Origin: Macrostomum hystrix
Taxonomy: Eukaryota; Animalia; Platyhelminthes
DNA: 64,000 bases
Assembly: GCA_950097015.1 (NCBI GenBank)
Contig: CATNEN010000010.1
Location: forward strand, 3,038,001 to 3,102,000
Direction of reading: 5' to 3'
Every line of letters begins with the position of its first letter. The stretch's first letter is position 1. Made by a program: the position numbers and the translations under genes. Shown one piece after another: positions 21,869 to 34,596 of this stretch. The notes under the pieces were generated by a model, which was not told the DNA's origin, did no database searches, and saw nothing but the letters and a program-made list of their open reading frames with translations.

Positions 21869-24800
21869 TCAGAGTTCGAAGGCAATGTACCAACTACATA
21901 CCTGCGATTCCATAAGGGTTGACACTAGCCAGCTCAGGTGAGCTGCCGATATATCCTTCCTGCGCTTATTAATGATGGGTGCTAGGAACAACTCGCTGAT
22001 ATCGGGCCGCAAGCAGTAGTGCAGAAGCAGCCTCAGATCCTGCGGATCTTGGTAGTCCCAGGAAAATGTTTTGAACAAGGCTGTTGTGCTGCCTTCTCCC
22101 TCAGTCTCCCTAATCTGCTCGAACGATAGGGCTTTAAACAGCGCGTAGAAGTTAATGTAGCACTCATTTTCGCGTCTAAGCGGAAAAATCTCGACTAGAT
22201 GAGGTGGTAAAAACTTTAGTTCGATTCTCTTGTCGAAGAAAAAGTGAAACTTCCAAGCGGAATCATTCTTTTCAAGATACTTCAAAACATATTCTACGGA
22301 GGGTTTTCCTGCTTCGAACCTGACACCCTTGCTGACTGAGGCGTCGCTGCCGGTATTGATTGACATGGGCTTGCCCGCCTTCATCAGTGCCATGGCTCTG
22401 AGGCACTCCCGGGTCGTCCGGGCCCAATCGGGAATGCTGTTGATTTGCTTCTGGATGGTCGGACCGCTGAACTCGGCACTGGCCAGCTCAGATAACACAC
22501 TCCTAACAATGTAGTACGTGTCGTGATACTTCACATCGCCAGTCTGTACTGGTCGCTCGCCCAGCTCGGGCATAATCAGAAAAAAGTGCAATTGGTACTC
22601 AGTGACGTCATTCTTGCACAGATTTCGTCGAAACTCTTTCAACAAGATTGGAAGTTTCTCAATAGTCTCAATGACAGCGCTTCGAATTCTGTCAATGGAG
22701 CTGTGACCGCGATGAAGGTACACGAAGGCGTCTCGAAGAAAGAAGTGCCGCATGCAATGATGCTCTGAGATCGAGCCCGGGTGAAGGAGACCATCCTGCA
22801 GCATCTCCAGAGATCGTTTCACCAAGGCAAGGAGGTTCTCCTTGCGCCAATCTTCCTTCGGAGTCTTGTCCAGCATGAAGAATAATATATTCTTGGCGTG
22901 ATACGTCTTCAGACCTTTTACAGAGGCAGAAATGACTCTTTTAATGATGTACTTTAGTAGAACAAAAACCTGGCCTTGGACATCTGTGAGGCAGTGCATG
23001 AGTCGTCTCTCAAGCAAATTCGTGCTCACTCGCATCCACTTGCCCTCCAGTCCTGGCGGCGAGGCGGCAACCAAATGGAACCACGATTGGTTGAGCTCAT
23101 CCTTTAGCGATTTCAAAACTTCTGGATCGATGCAAGACTGATGGTCAGGCTGTAGCACTCTGATGTCGGGGTACTTACAGCAGTGATAAGCAGTCACAAA
23201 GTCGATGCTCGGTCGCAGCATCGAACCCTTTTGAGAGGCGCTTGGCTTTGAAACTACAACAGGTAAAAGTTACAGCAATAGTGATTTCGAATTTAACATA
23301 CTGATAGCGCTCGTAATAATGCTAACTCTCACCTGAGATAGAGTACTCGAAGTGTCCGTCCTTGTACTTTTCTTTGTCGCATGTGTGTACCAATTTAGCA
23401 GCTTGCATTACAGTCAGGTCAATGTCCGAATCGTCGTCCAGCCTTCCATCGTTCTGCGTAAAGCTCATACCCCAACCATCAGCGAAGCTGCCAACAATAA
23501 ATACGCCGTCAGTAGACAGGATTTGCCTCTGAATAGCTTCCAGTGCGCCAGCTACAGTCCTCAAAATCGCGGCGTTCTTTGCGTTGAACCCAGCACGGGC
23601 CATTTCGTCACTCAGCGTCGCTGCGTTTGTGCACTTTGAAGCCACGGTCTGCGCCAAGTGCGACAGCTCATGCTGATTTACAGAATGCAATTCATCCATT
23701 ACAAGCGTCGTCAACCATGGCGCTATGGATGCCTGGGCGAGGAGGAGGGCTCGAGTGATTTCAGTTTGGCCGTTGTACATGGCGATTGTTAATGCTGTTT
23801 CTTTCTTTCGATTCTGCAGACTGACATCGGCTCCGCTTCGTATCAGAGTTAAAGCAATCTCCACGTGCCCGTTCCTGGCCGCTATCATCAGCGGCGTCCA
23901 TCCAGCTCGAGTCTGAGCATCAATATTCGCCCGAGCATTCACTAGCATCTCAACCATTCGAAAGTGTCCACTCTTCGCCGCAAGAAACAGTGGCGACGCG
24001 CCGGACTTTGCGTTAACGCAGGCTCCCGCGTCAATCAAGCTGGTCACCGCATCGATGTGGCCCGTGGAGGCCGCTATGCAAAGAGCGGAGTCACCAGCTC
24101 TTGTCTGTCTGTCAATCTGGGCGCCGGCTGACACCAGCAAGGAGACGACGCTGGTGTGCCCCTGCTGCGCTGACGCATACAGAGGCGAGGAGCCCCTGCG
24201 ATTGCCGAGATTGACATCGGCGCCTGACGTCATCAGCTTACGCACGGTGTTTGGGCTACCATTCTTGGCTGCCATCAAAAGCGCTGAAGCTCCCAATTTA
24301 GTCTGATGGTTTATCTTAGCTCCTGCCTGGATGAGCTCAGCCACCACAGCTGGGTGATCTTGGCGGGTCGCAATAATAAGCGGCGTGCAGCCGTCATTGT
24401 CCGTCAGATCAACAATGGCTCCCTCTTTGATGAGCGATTTAACAGGATCGATGCGTCCTGACTGAGCAGCAGCATGAAGTGCTGTCCGCCCATAGCTGGT
24501 CTGAAGGTTTACGTCAGCCCCAGAAGTAATGAGTATGGAAATCACATCCACGTATCCGTGCTGAGCAGCGATGTACAGCGGCGATGCCCTCGAACCATGC
24601 AGACAGATGTTGACCATCGCACCGGACTCGATTAGCAGGCTGACAAACTCAGCGTGACCACCCTTGGCGGCAAGGTGCAGCGGGGTGGCCCCCGACCTGC
24701 TCGGCTGGTTCGTATCGAGGATGGTCTGGGCGGTGATGTACTTCGTGGTCAGCTCCACCTGGCCGCACAATGCCGCAATGTGAAGCGGTGTAGAGCCGTG

Positions 24801-25397
24801 GTCGTCAATGGTGCTTAAGTCGGCCCCGGCAGCTAAAAGAAGACTCAGAATCTCCCCGTGGCCCCTCATCAAGGCCAACTCCGCTATGGTCAGGCGTTTG
24901 CTACGCATGATGCACTTCTCCAACTCGCTGAGCGGCCTTTCCAACACCTGCAGATTTGTCGCCATGCCTTCCAGCGCCCAGAGAGCGGACGAGCAGGAGC
25001 TACGAAAGTCAATATCGGCGCCCGCTCGAAGCAGGACCTCCACGGAATCGAGCCGGCCTAATAAGACGGCTATGAACAGTGGCGATCCGACTGCCAGATC
25101 CCCGGTGCAGTAGATTGTGGCACCCATCTTCAGAAGCAGCCGAATAGCGGCACCCGCGGTCCTTGGCGATGCGGCGGCCACGTGCAACGGCCTGCTTCCG
25201 TCGGGTGCTCTGGAGTTCACAATTTCCGGATTATCCACGAGAAGCGCCTCTGCCGAGTTTAGCTCGCCGTTCAACAGTGCTAGTCTGAGTTGTTCCGATA
25301 AGGTGCGTGGTATAGTAGAGTCTATATCCCGGACTTCGGCCATCTGGTCCGGAATCGCGCATCCGATAGCTGGACATTGCCAAGCATTATCACGCAT
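21869..25397 (-). CDS. Ankyrin-repeat Mab-21/cGAS-like nucleotidyltransferase (cGLR), ~1149 aa, 2 exons
   Basis: Exon 1 23333-25397 has ~15 ankyrin repeats and then VGSFADG...DSDIDLTV. A 79-nt GT-AG intron follows. Exon 2 21869-23253 has SIDFV, WMRVSTNLLERRL and LKTYHAKNILF. TATATAAAAA at 25439-25448 supports ATG 25397 (25343 is an alternative). Confidence 0.88.
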
Positions 25398-25849
25398 TTT
25401 TGTTCCAAAAGCGGCTCTCACAAACACTCCATGCCAGATTTTTATATACTTGGCAGGTGCGGCCGTGCCTTTAGAAAATTACACGGCAAGTCCCGGCCAA
25501 AGCTGTCAAAAAACATTAAATGCAGCAATTGCTCACTAGCAAGCTACTGCCCTGTTGTGGTTTGAGTTCTGAAACTTAATTAGATCTGATAAGATACGAG
25601 CGTAGTAGCTTAAAAACAGACGTCTGCAACATCCAACTGTTGAGCCCAGAGTGTCGTTGGAAGTACAGTGATTTTGCTTTGATTGCTCTCTGGTGGGCCA
25701 GACTGCAGCTAAGCCACAAAATACCGGATGTTCCATTGTGCCGACCTCGAGTTTGACTCCGTTGATTAAAATATATTCTAAAATATTTCTCAGCGACGTA
25801 ACCGCCTTTTCAAAATTGGCACCCACAAAGATTTGAACACTCTTCTGGA

Positions 25850-25915
25850 GTCTAGTAGCTTCGGGTTAGAGCTTCCGACTCCAAACTGAAAGGTCCGGGG
25901 TTCGAATCACGGCTC
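25850..25915 (+). mobile_element. SINE head fragment (tRNA-like)
   Basis: GGTTAGAGC...GGTTCGAATCAC, similar to the other SINE heads, with no body. Confidence 0.45.
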
Positions 25916-26595
25916 AGAGAAAGACAAAGCAAGATCCTGAAAAAGTACAATTTTCATTTCACCGTGCTGTGAAATTGCAACAAAAATCTGCTGCAGCAAA
26001 ATTACCTGCTAGTTTTTGGATTTGCCAGGCAATAGCTGCGGCTGTACATCTTCTTTTTCTATACATTCCTACCCTGTCAACCGCATTTCAGAGCCATCAG
26101 AAACAATCAACTATAACAAATAAGGCACTGATCTTAAATAGTGATACAAGCGTACAAGCCAGGCAGAATATATATTTGTGACCTGTAAAAGAACAAGAAG
26201 AAAATTTGTATAAAAGAGAAAGTTGTAAGTGCACTCAGGAACATTTAGAAATAATTTTGTGTATTTCTATGAAATTAATCTCTATAAGTAAGTACTGTAC
26301 TGCTTGTTAATAACTGAACTAAATGGTTTCTTAAAAATATAGCATTTGTTTGAATATTGCCTATAATACGAGAGCTTTATCATAAATGGTGCAGAGTGTT
26401 AGTAACTTTTATTGCTTTGGTTAGCGACACCAGGACAACTATTACTAGATAAGAATCTCGCTTTTAAAAAGAATATATAGGAAGAGCAGCTCAAGTCACT
26501 ATGGTTAAGCGCATTAGCGTGGCGGTCTTTTGCTAAGCCACGCTTCCGTGCACATGCTCCCACAGTACTAGCAGTAGTGCAGTCAGCGAGCGGGC

Positions 26596-28841
26596 TCAGT
26601 CCAGCACCGCATCCATCTGGGGATTCTTCTTGTTGCCGCGGCAGGCCGTCACCGGGATCAGCGGATGCTGGGTGGTCTTCAGGTAGTTCTAGACAAAACA
26701 GCGATTTTCTGCACTTTAGGCTCGACTTCTTTCAAACTGAAATTGTCACGCCAAGGTAGACACCGATACTCACGTGCGCGTACTGCAGGGCGTTCTTCTT
26801 CTCCGCGTCAGAGGCCTTGGTGCCGACGTACACGAAGATCTCGACACCGATGTCGATGATGTACACATCCTGCAGTGGCAAAGAACGCGTAAACAGATTG
26901 CCCAACTACTAAAAGTAGTACAACCATATTTGGGTGAAAACTATTGAACACTCACATCTTCGTTGATCATGGATCTTGGACACTTGCCCTCGGACACCAG
27001 CGAGTACTGCAGCTTGCCAGACTCGTCAGACAGACTGCGGAGGGTGAGGTGGGTGTGAGACTGGATCAAAGATTGAGGAGGGCGGGGTGGGTGTGAGACT
27101 GAATAATAGATTGAGGAGGGTAAGATGGGTGTGAGACTGGATCAAATATTGAGGAGGGTAAGATGGGTGTGAGACTGGATCAAAGATTGAGGAGGGTAAG
27201 ATGGGTGTGAGACTGGATCAAATATTGAGGAGGGTAAGATGGGTGTGAGACTGGATCAAAGATTGAGGAGGGCGGGGTGGGTGTGAGACTGGATCAAAGA
27301 TTGAGGAGAGAGGTGGGTGTGAGACTGGATCAAAGATTGAGGAGTGAGGTGGGTGTGAGACTGAATCAAAGATTGAGGAGGGCGGGGTGGGTGTGAGACT
27401 GAATCAAATATTGAGGAGGGCGGGGTGGGTGAGAGACTGGATCAAAGATTGAGGAGGGTAAGATGGGTGTGAGACTGGATCAAAGATTGAGGAGTGAGGT
27501 GGGTGTAAGACTGGATCAAAGATTGAGGAGGGCGGGGTGGGTGTGAGGCAATCATATACGGAGGAGGGCGGGGTGGGTGACAGTTTGGCTGAACCCACCG
27601 AAACATGGCCTTCTTGCCGCTGCGCACGTCGCTGTGCACCTCGGAGGACTTCCTGGCATAGGGCACGTCCGGCAGGCTCTGGTAGAACTTGTGCTCGGAG
27701 CCGATGCTGTTTTCGTCCAGCGTGAAGGTCTGCGTCTTGCCATGGCGCTCGTTCTCCAGCTGCTGCAGGAAGGCGGCGGCCTTAATGCGCTCGTCCTTGT
27801 TGCAGGTGTTGCCGTTCCACTGATAGGCGACGCGACCCAGGTCCAGGATGAAGACGTCACCAGAGTTGAGGGCGCGCCGGGTCAGCTTGACCTCCTTGAC
27901 TTCGATGTTGCGCCGGACGCCGCAGAAGTGCAGCAGGCGAGGCTTGTACTCCTCTGGCTTCACCTGGCGGAAGCCGCTGTCGCAGCCGCCCTTCAGGTAC
28001 CTGAGGCGAAACGGCGGTTGAAGTGGTAGCTCGCGGTGACATTGCAAAAAAGGGAATTTCAGGTTAAGTGTCTTACGTGATGGTCTTAAAGTAGGACTTA
28101 AACAGCGACGATTCGTACTCCTGAACCTCGCGGTGCTGGACAGCCTTGTCGTCGAGAAAGGTGTCCAGCTCCACGGTCTTGTATGCGGCAGTGCCGTACT
28201 CATCCTAAATGGGATTAGAAAAGTTTGGTGGCATTTATGGGGGCATCTCAGTAAACAGGAAGAGCTTTTTATCGCTTTATCGCTTTACATCAAAATGATT
28301 ACCGCGATTCCTAAGCAACTTCATCTACCTGAGTGCTGTGCTTGCCAATCCAGAAGTGCACATCGTACAGCAGCTCATCGCCGTCTACCTCCTTGTGCAC
28401 ATTCAGCACAATGTAGGAGTCGCCGCTGAAGAACTTGCCGTAGTCCTCCTTGGGCCACACCTTCACCTTGAACTTTTCTATGCGCCACACGAAGAGCTCA
28501 TTGCTGGTGCAGTTCTTCACTGGCAGCCAGGCCGTCTCAACCTCTGACGAGGCCTCTGCAAAAAATGGGTTCATTGTGAAAGGAGCTCGGGTTGACCAAC
28601 TTTTAGTCAAGCTGGCGTAGGTCTTCTAGATCGGAAATTTCGATCCCACTCTACCATCCCCACCCGCTTTCCTCAGATTAACGGACAGGTAGAATTGCAG
28701 AAACATCAAATTGCCGAGCATTTACACACATAAGTCTGTCTAAATTACTGACAGCGGCTTACTCTTGACATCCTTCTCTGTCTTGCTGCCAAATAGGGCA
28801 AGATTTGAGTCCTTCCAGTCGTACTTCTGCGCCTTCTGCAT
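26596..28841 (-). CDS. Three-domain gelsolin/severin-like actin-severing protein, 367 aa, 7 exons
   Basis: Exons 28763-28841, 28329-28555, 28077-28204, 27599-28000, 26956-27034, 26774-26869 and 26596-26688 are all GT-AG and sum to 1104 nt. Motifs [47 protein letters not shown] and [10 protein letters not shown]. Confidence 0.95.
27044..27580. repeat. 36-38-bp minisatellite (~14 copies) filling gelsolin intron 4
   Basis: Unit GTGGGTGTGAGACTGGATCAAAGATTGAGGAGGGCGGG. Confidence 0.95.
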
Positions 28842-28939
28842 TTCGGTTTCGGCAAAAATTTGTGCAACTGCACAAGAACTTCACGCTGGCGGGGAGGGGT
28901 CGGACACGGGGAGTGCCAGGTTTTCGCCGGCTGCGCCAG

Positions 28940-28947
28940 TTTAAATA
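28940..28947 (-). promoter_or_regulatory. TATA-like box (TATTTAAA) of the gelsolin gene
   Basis: About 100 nt upstream of ATG 28841, in a GC-rich context. Confidence 0.4.
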
Positions 28948-29950
28948 GCGGGCGGGTTTCGCTGTGACAGAAGGAGCGCGTGAACTGCGCAGCAAAGGCC
29001 AGGCCTGGGAGGAAAGGAAGAGCGATCGATAGTAGGAGGTGGCAGCGCTGGCTGTGGTGGCTCGATGACCAGATTTCTTCCTTTTAGCGCAGGCCCGTAC
29101 ACCCAAGTGGAATGAGAATCGGAATTTCTGGTCAAAGAATAATGAAAATTAATTTCTGACCAGAAAGGCAGAAAGGCTCACTATGCGCAGAGTGGCTTGT
29201 TGGTCAGAGAAGTTTTACACCAGTGCACAGCTGGGCAGGGAGTTTTCGATAGTGAGAGGGGGACCAGAATTGCTTACGGATGGAATCCAGTTCGGTGCAG
29301 CAAGATGCATTATCGATTTGGCCCCATCCTGAAGTTTTTGGCGACGCACACTCCCGCAGCCTCCTAAACTGAAGGTGTTCACCCGCCTCGAGGCTGAAAT
29401 CTAATGGGTTCCAGGGCTTTCAGATGACAGTGCGGAAGGACACGATTGCATGGCTCGAATCTCTTGGCCTAGCGACCAATTTTCAGAGGAGTATCAGGCA
29501 GGTGTATAGATCTAGTCTGCAGTAGGGGTGTCATTAATTTTTTTTACAAAGTAGAGACATTGTACACGTACAGCGATTCGCTCCGCAGCTGTTATCTGTG
29601 AAAACTCAGAGTTCTAGATGTTTATTAAAATGTAAGCCATTTTTTTCGCTAACTACATGTAAGACTATTATAGAATACATTATTAGGCCTTTTATTAATA
29701 TTAACTAGATGAATTTAGACACATGGTGGTGCCAAAGCATTTAAGTCAAGCGACTTGTGAACCAAATTTATTATTCATAGAACAATACACTAAGCGAAAG
29801 TGACACCATTAAATGCGCCAGATGTACATACGAGCATAAATTGAGGCATGGAATGCATCCCTCAAGCATTCCTCACTTACAGAAAACTTTTACATCGACA
29901 ATAACTGCTGCTGCCGAATTCTACCTACTAAAACAATAAGACAACACTCC

Positions 29951-30325
29951 ATCTAGACAGAATGGCCAGTAGTATCTAGACAGAATGGCCAGTAGTATCT
30001 AGACTGCATGGACAGTAGTATCTAGACAGAATGGCCAGTAGTATCTAGACAGAATGGCCAGTAGTATCTAGACAGAATGGACAGTAGTATCTAGACAGAA
30101 TGGACAGTAGTATCTAGACAGAATGGACAGTAGTATCTAGACTGCATGGACAGTAGTATCTAGACAGAATGGCCAGTAGTATCTAGACAGAATGGCCAGT
30201 AGTATCTAGACAGAATGGATAGTAGTATCTAGACAGAATGGACAGTAGTATCTAGACTGCATGGACAGTAGTATCTAGACAGAATGGCCAGTAGTATCTA
30301 GACAGAATAGACAGTAGTGTCTAGA
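29951..30325. repeat. 23-bp minisatellite (~16 copies) immediately 3' of the RPC7 stop
   Basis: Unit TCTAGACAGAATGGCCAGTAGTA. Confidence 0.95.
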
Positions 30326-30334
30326 AATCAATTG

Positions 30335-31042
30335 TCAATAATACCAAGATTCTCCGTCCATGTCTTCCTCGCCGTCATCTGGCCCGTAGCCCTCGCCATT
30401 GTCAAAGTAGGCATCGACATAGTCATTGTCCTCCAGTTCTTCGTCGTTCTCAAATGCGGCGGCCTCTTCATCCTCCTCTTCGTCATCAGCGTCGCCAGCT
30501 TCGCCGCCAGCCGCTGCCGTTGCTTCCTTCGAGGCCTCAGTCGCCGACTCTAGTTGGCCAGCGGCGTCCTTCAAGCCGGCATCGACGGCTTCTTCGATAA
30601 GAGTCACAGCAGCCGCATCCTCGACATCTTGCCGACGTCTTTTAGCTTCGCCATTGGCGGCATTTGCCTTCTTTGACGCCGTCGTCGCCGCCTGCTGCTG
30701 GTTCTGAATCTGTCGACGTCGCTTGCGCCGCAGCCAGTCGAGTTCGGCCGGGAAGTTTGTCGAATTCGGCACCGCCGGCAGGCGAGAGGCGCAGCCGCAG
30801 AATCGGTTCTCTAGGTCCCGCTTGGCTGCCACCATGAATTTGAGATCCTTGACCACAGTCGGCGGGGCGGGTCGCCTTGGCAGCTGCGGATAGAGCAGCT
30901 GCTCGCCGCTGGCATCCTCGGCGCCGCCAAAGAGCGGGCCGGCACCGTCTGGTCGCATGAGGTGCTTGTAGGACTGCACTATGAAGCTGCCGCCGCGGCC
31001 TCCGCCGCGACCGCCGCGACCGGCGCCACCGCCTCTGCTCAT
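30335..31042 (-). CDS. POLR3G: RNA polymerase III subunit RPC7 (RPC31/POLR3G-GL family), intronless, 235 aa
   Basis: RGG-rich N-terminus, P.LYP..P motif, PAELD and an acidic tail ending ELEDNDYVDAYFDNGE...YY. Confidence 0.85.
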   Translation of the reverse strand: MSRGGGAGRGGRGGGRGGSFIVQSYKHLMRPDGAGPLFGGAEDASGEQLLYPQLPRRPAPPTVVKDLKFMVAAKRDLENRFCGCASRLPAVPNSTNFPAELDWLRRKRRRQIQNQQQAATTASKKANAANGEAKRRRQDVEDAAAVTLIEEAVDAGLKDAAGQLESATEASKEATAAAGGEAGDADDEEEDEEAAAFENDEELEDNDYVDAYFDNGEGYGPDDGEEDMDGESWYY

Positions 31043-31179
31043 GACGGGGCAGCGGCACAGACCAGCGGTGGAGACAGTGGGAGAAGCAACGAGGGATTTA
31101 TTGCGCCCAGTTTCTTAAGCTAACCGCTGGAATTTTTTAAAACTGATCAGGTGTATCTTATTGCGAAGAAATTAACACA

Positions 31180-31245
31180 CTGACACAAGGACGCAAATAG
31201 CTCTAATGTGTAGTCGGGAATCGAACCCCCGACTTTCAAGCCCGA
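31180..31245 (-). mobile_element. SINE head fragment
   Basis: GTCGGGAATCGAACCCCCGAC is identical to the B-box region of SINE copy 2. Confidence 0.5.
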
Positions 31246-31447
31246 CCACCCTCTATAACTCCTTTATAACCCATCAAAAAAACAACAAAATTCAAGTTTC
31301 ATTTTCAAATGCAGACCAAGATTATTTAGGTCCAGAGGTCAATATATTGGAGAAAAATTAGCAAACACTTTACATTACAGTTGGATGGCAACAGAAGATG
31401 TGGACATGTTTGCCCTACGCATCACACAGCTGCTTACTCCAATGTGC

Positions 31448-32547
31448 CTACAGCACAACAACTTTGACCTTCTTCTTTGCCAACTTCTTCAACTGTGCGC
31501 CATTTCTATCATCGCCAGCTTTCATCGTAGATGGCAACAGGGGAACTTCGTCATCTACGCTGCGACCAGCACCGGCCGCCAGCGTTGGCAGAGCCACCTC
31601 CTGGGCCGAGACTTCGGCAGCCCGGCGGCGCTGCATCAGCGGACAGTCGCGCTTGAAATGCTCGACGCTGGAGCACAGCAGGCAGCCGCCGCCTTTGGGA
31701 TAGAGACCGCGGGGATTGTCTGGACAGGAGCGGGACAGGTGGCCGCTGCGGCCGCACACGAAACAATTGGCGAACGGCAGGTCTGGCGCAGTCGCCGGCT
31801 GGCCTGACGACTGGGCGACAGCTGTGGCTTCTGGGCCGGCCGGCCGAGGCATCTTTGGACAGGCTGAGAGGGCGTGCTCGGTGGAGCCGCAGCGGAAGCA
31901 CACGCTGCCACTGCGGGAAGTCACCGAGGTTGAAGGATATCAAATTATACCTCTGCAGTCAGACTCCCCAGCCAATCACTACTATATTATCCCCTACTAG
32001 CCTCCCAGCCAATCAGTAACTCACTCTAACCTGTCAGCCTTCCAAACAATCACTGTCAGCCTCGTAGCCAATCAGTGCTCCACTCTCATCTGTCTGGCCT
32101 GTAAGTCAATGTCTCACTCTCCCGTCAGCAGCCAGCCAATCAGTGCCATATTTTATACTGCCAGCCAATCAGTTCTTACCTTGCGCCGCCTTCGCCGCCG
32201 CCAGCCTCCGGACAGTCGCTAACCAGATGGCCGGGCTGGCGGCAGTGAAAGCAGACCCTGTCGGCCTCTCTGTTCCGTTTGCGCTGCAGCCGACGACGCT
32301 CGGAGCCGGACCGCTTCCAGTGGCGCAGCTCGGCTTCGGAGCGCAGGACTCGCTCATACGAGCCGATGCGTACAACATAGTGCCCGTTCTTTAGCCGGGT
32401 GATCACCTTGCCACCGCTGCTGTTGCCATCAGAGCCGCCTGGCGCCTGGGACTTGGCGGTGAGCAGGTCGGCCTTCATCTCGGCCCAGCTGCTGGCCTCG
32501 ACAGGCTTCTTCTTGTTGGCCTGGCCTCCCCTAGCGTAGCGGGTCAT
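31448..32547 (-). CDS. ZCCHC9: Zinc-knuckle protein ZCCHC9 homolog, 276 aa, 2 exons
   Basis: Exons 32180-32547 and 31448-31910 (phase 2). MTRYARGG start and four CCHC knuckles including CFRCGSTEH and CPDNPRGLYPKGGGC. Confidence 0.9.
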
Positions 32548-33381
32548 GAGCTTAGGCCCAAAGCTGCTGCAATCTGGTTGCCAGGCAAATCTTATTGGCC
32601 TTTTCAGATTTTCTGGCATACCTGTACAAGCCTAATTCCAGCTTGTATAACTAAATGAAATCAATTCATTCCAATAAATTTAATAATAAAAGTCAATGTG
32701 TTTGAGATACAGAGCTGTAAGACAATACATGTAAAAAATATATATAAATTCTAATTAAATTATGCTTCTTAAAGTACTATATGCTGCTAGTTAGCAGTTA
32801 ACAAAGAATATTTATTGAAAGATTCTTCATTTACTAAATATATTTTTATTGCTAAATGGATATCACAAAAAGCTTTGTTATAATAGCTAGCTATTGTAAT
32901 AATTTCTAGACTTGTATTTCACACTCTAGAATAAGTCATTAGAGTAATAGTAGTACATAAAAGTTATTGTGCTATGCCCTGCATTGCCAATCTATATCAG
33001 TCTTACCCAATTAGAAGCACAGATTGCTTATCCATTTTTTGCTATTAAAAATAATGTGTAGCAGCTACAAGGCAAAGTAGACAAAAGACTATGGCCACAT
33101 AAAATAATATACTATAATTACTAGAGGATAAACAATAAACAATTGCTCAGAATTTTTACAAAAGAAACATATGGAGCAACTTATGCAATTTATATTATTA
33201 CTTATACGTGTATCCCAATGTAAAAAAGTTGTAGACTGTCTGGTGCATTTTCTAAAGCATAGCGGGCAGTATGCACAGGTACTACATCTGCATGCACTTT
33301 TCCTACTTAACTTTATTTGTGGCCATTTGACCTGTGCCCATTTTAACATAGAAGCCAACCAATGTTCCAAAAGTTTGTATT

Positions 33382-34249
33382 GGGTGCCAGTCAATTCAGC
33401 AACAGGTTAATTTGGCCACAACCAATTTGGCGACAAGTATAGTTATTAAAACTGAACAAAAAAGCCCTTTCAAAAACTCTGCCTACTTGCTAAGATTAAA
33501 ATTAATAAAAGAAAACAAATTTGTGGGTTTATTCCCATTTTTGCTTAGTTTGTGTGGAAGTATGTGCGGAATGAACACAAAAGTCACACATCATTTAAAA
33601 ATTCTTTGACTGGCTACATGTACATTGCTTACTAATTTTTGATGCTTTCACTATGATTTTACTAATTTTGGATGGTACAACGATTTAAATCAACAAATCA
33701 TTTCTTTGAGTCTCTACTATAAGTAGAATATATTGGAATTTGATGGAATCATGTATTTTATAATAAGGCTAGTGATAGTGTACTGGGTACCTAGAGTGTA
33801 TGTTGCTCAAGGTACCCAGCAAAGACGACAAAGGGTAAATTATTGCTGCTGGACCTGCAGTACCAGCACTATATAGGGCCAAATATCTCTCTAGAGAGTA
33901 GACTACAGAAAAATTGTTAGAATTGTGCAGCCTGCTGAATGGACCTTGAGTTTTTAATCTACATGTTGAGCATGCACATTTTAACAGCTTTTTAACATAC
34001 AGTACTCTTTACATATATATGGTAGGAGATTGGAGAATAATTTGATGCAAATATATAATAATACTCAAACAAAAATGAATAAATGTCCAAAGAATTAGTA
34101 ACTGATAAAAGTCATGTCAAGTTAAACTCTCAATCAAAATAATTTCTTGCAGAACCCTATTCGCTGTTGCCGAATTGACTGTCACTGAACTGACTTGTCA
34201 CCTAACTGGTTGTAGCCAAATTGGACTGTCACCAAATTAACTGGAAGCC
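33382..34249. mobile_element. MULE/foldback-type MITE with a 9-bp TSD
   Basis: Termini GGGTGCCAGTCAATT / AATTAACTGGAAGCC with inverted subterminal repeats. Flanks are GTTTGTATT and ATTTGTATT. Confidence 0.7.
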
Positions 34250-34596
34250 ATTTGTATTACAAGCCAGCAAACATTGACCAGTGACTAGGCGACTAAAAAT
34301 ATATAAAATAGTCTAAAGTTGCTGCCTATTCTAACTAAATATTGTTTTGTGATAGTATTGCTATCAATGTGTAGTTGTGTTCTGTGTAGACCTGAGCAAT
34401 TTTTACTAGCTATGGGGCTGATTGCTATTAAATAAGAAACAGATTAGTAGTAGGTAGTACATACTTAAATACTGGCTATAACTGTTGCTTTAAAGTACAC
34501 AATGAATTATTGCTTAGATTCGCCTCATTCGGCTAAATAAAAACTTAAACCCAATGCAAAGAGTCAAGACTTCTGTGACTCTGAGTACGTAAATCA

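Noticed and set aside
21337-21922. ORFs with DGAWLSP / MELGCLQ / QPSSIWR repeats
   Set aside because: A 21-bp stop-free minisatellite is open in several frames, with no splice or promoter support.
25489-25498. kappaB-like GGGACTTGCC upstream of the cGLR
   Set aside because: It is a single mismatched 10-mer that is expected by chance.
25536-25826. 96-aa ORF upstream of the cGLR
   Set aside because: No recognisable motifs or codon bias.
29250-29530. GC-richer patch, possibly a LINE relic
   Set aside because: No diagnostic motif could be recovered in any frame.
31911-31952. Upstream acceptor (CTGCAG, 31953) for ZCCHC9 exon 2
   Set aside because: It introduces an in-frame TGA; the acceptor at 31911 keeps the frame.
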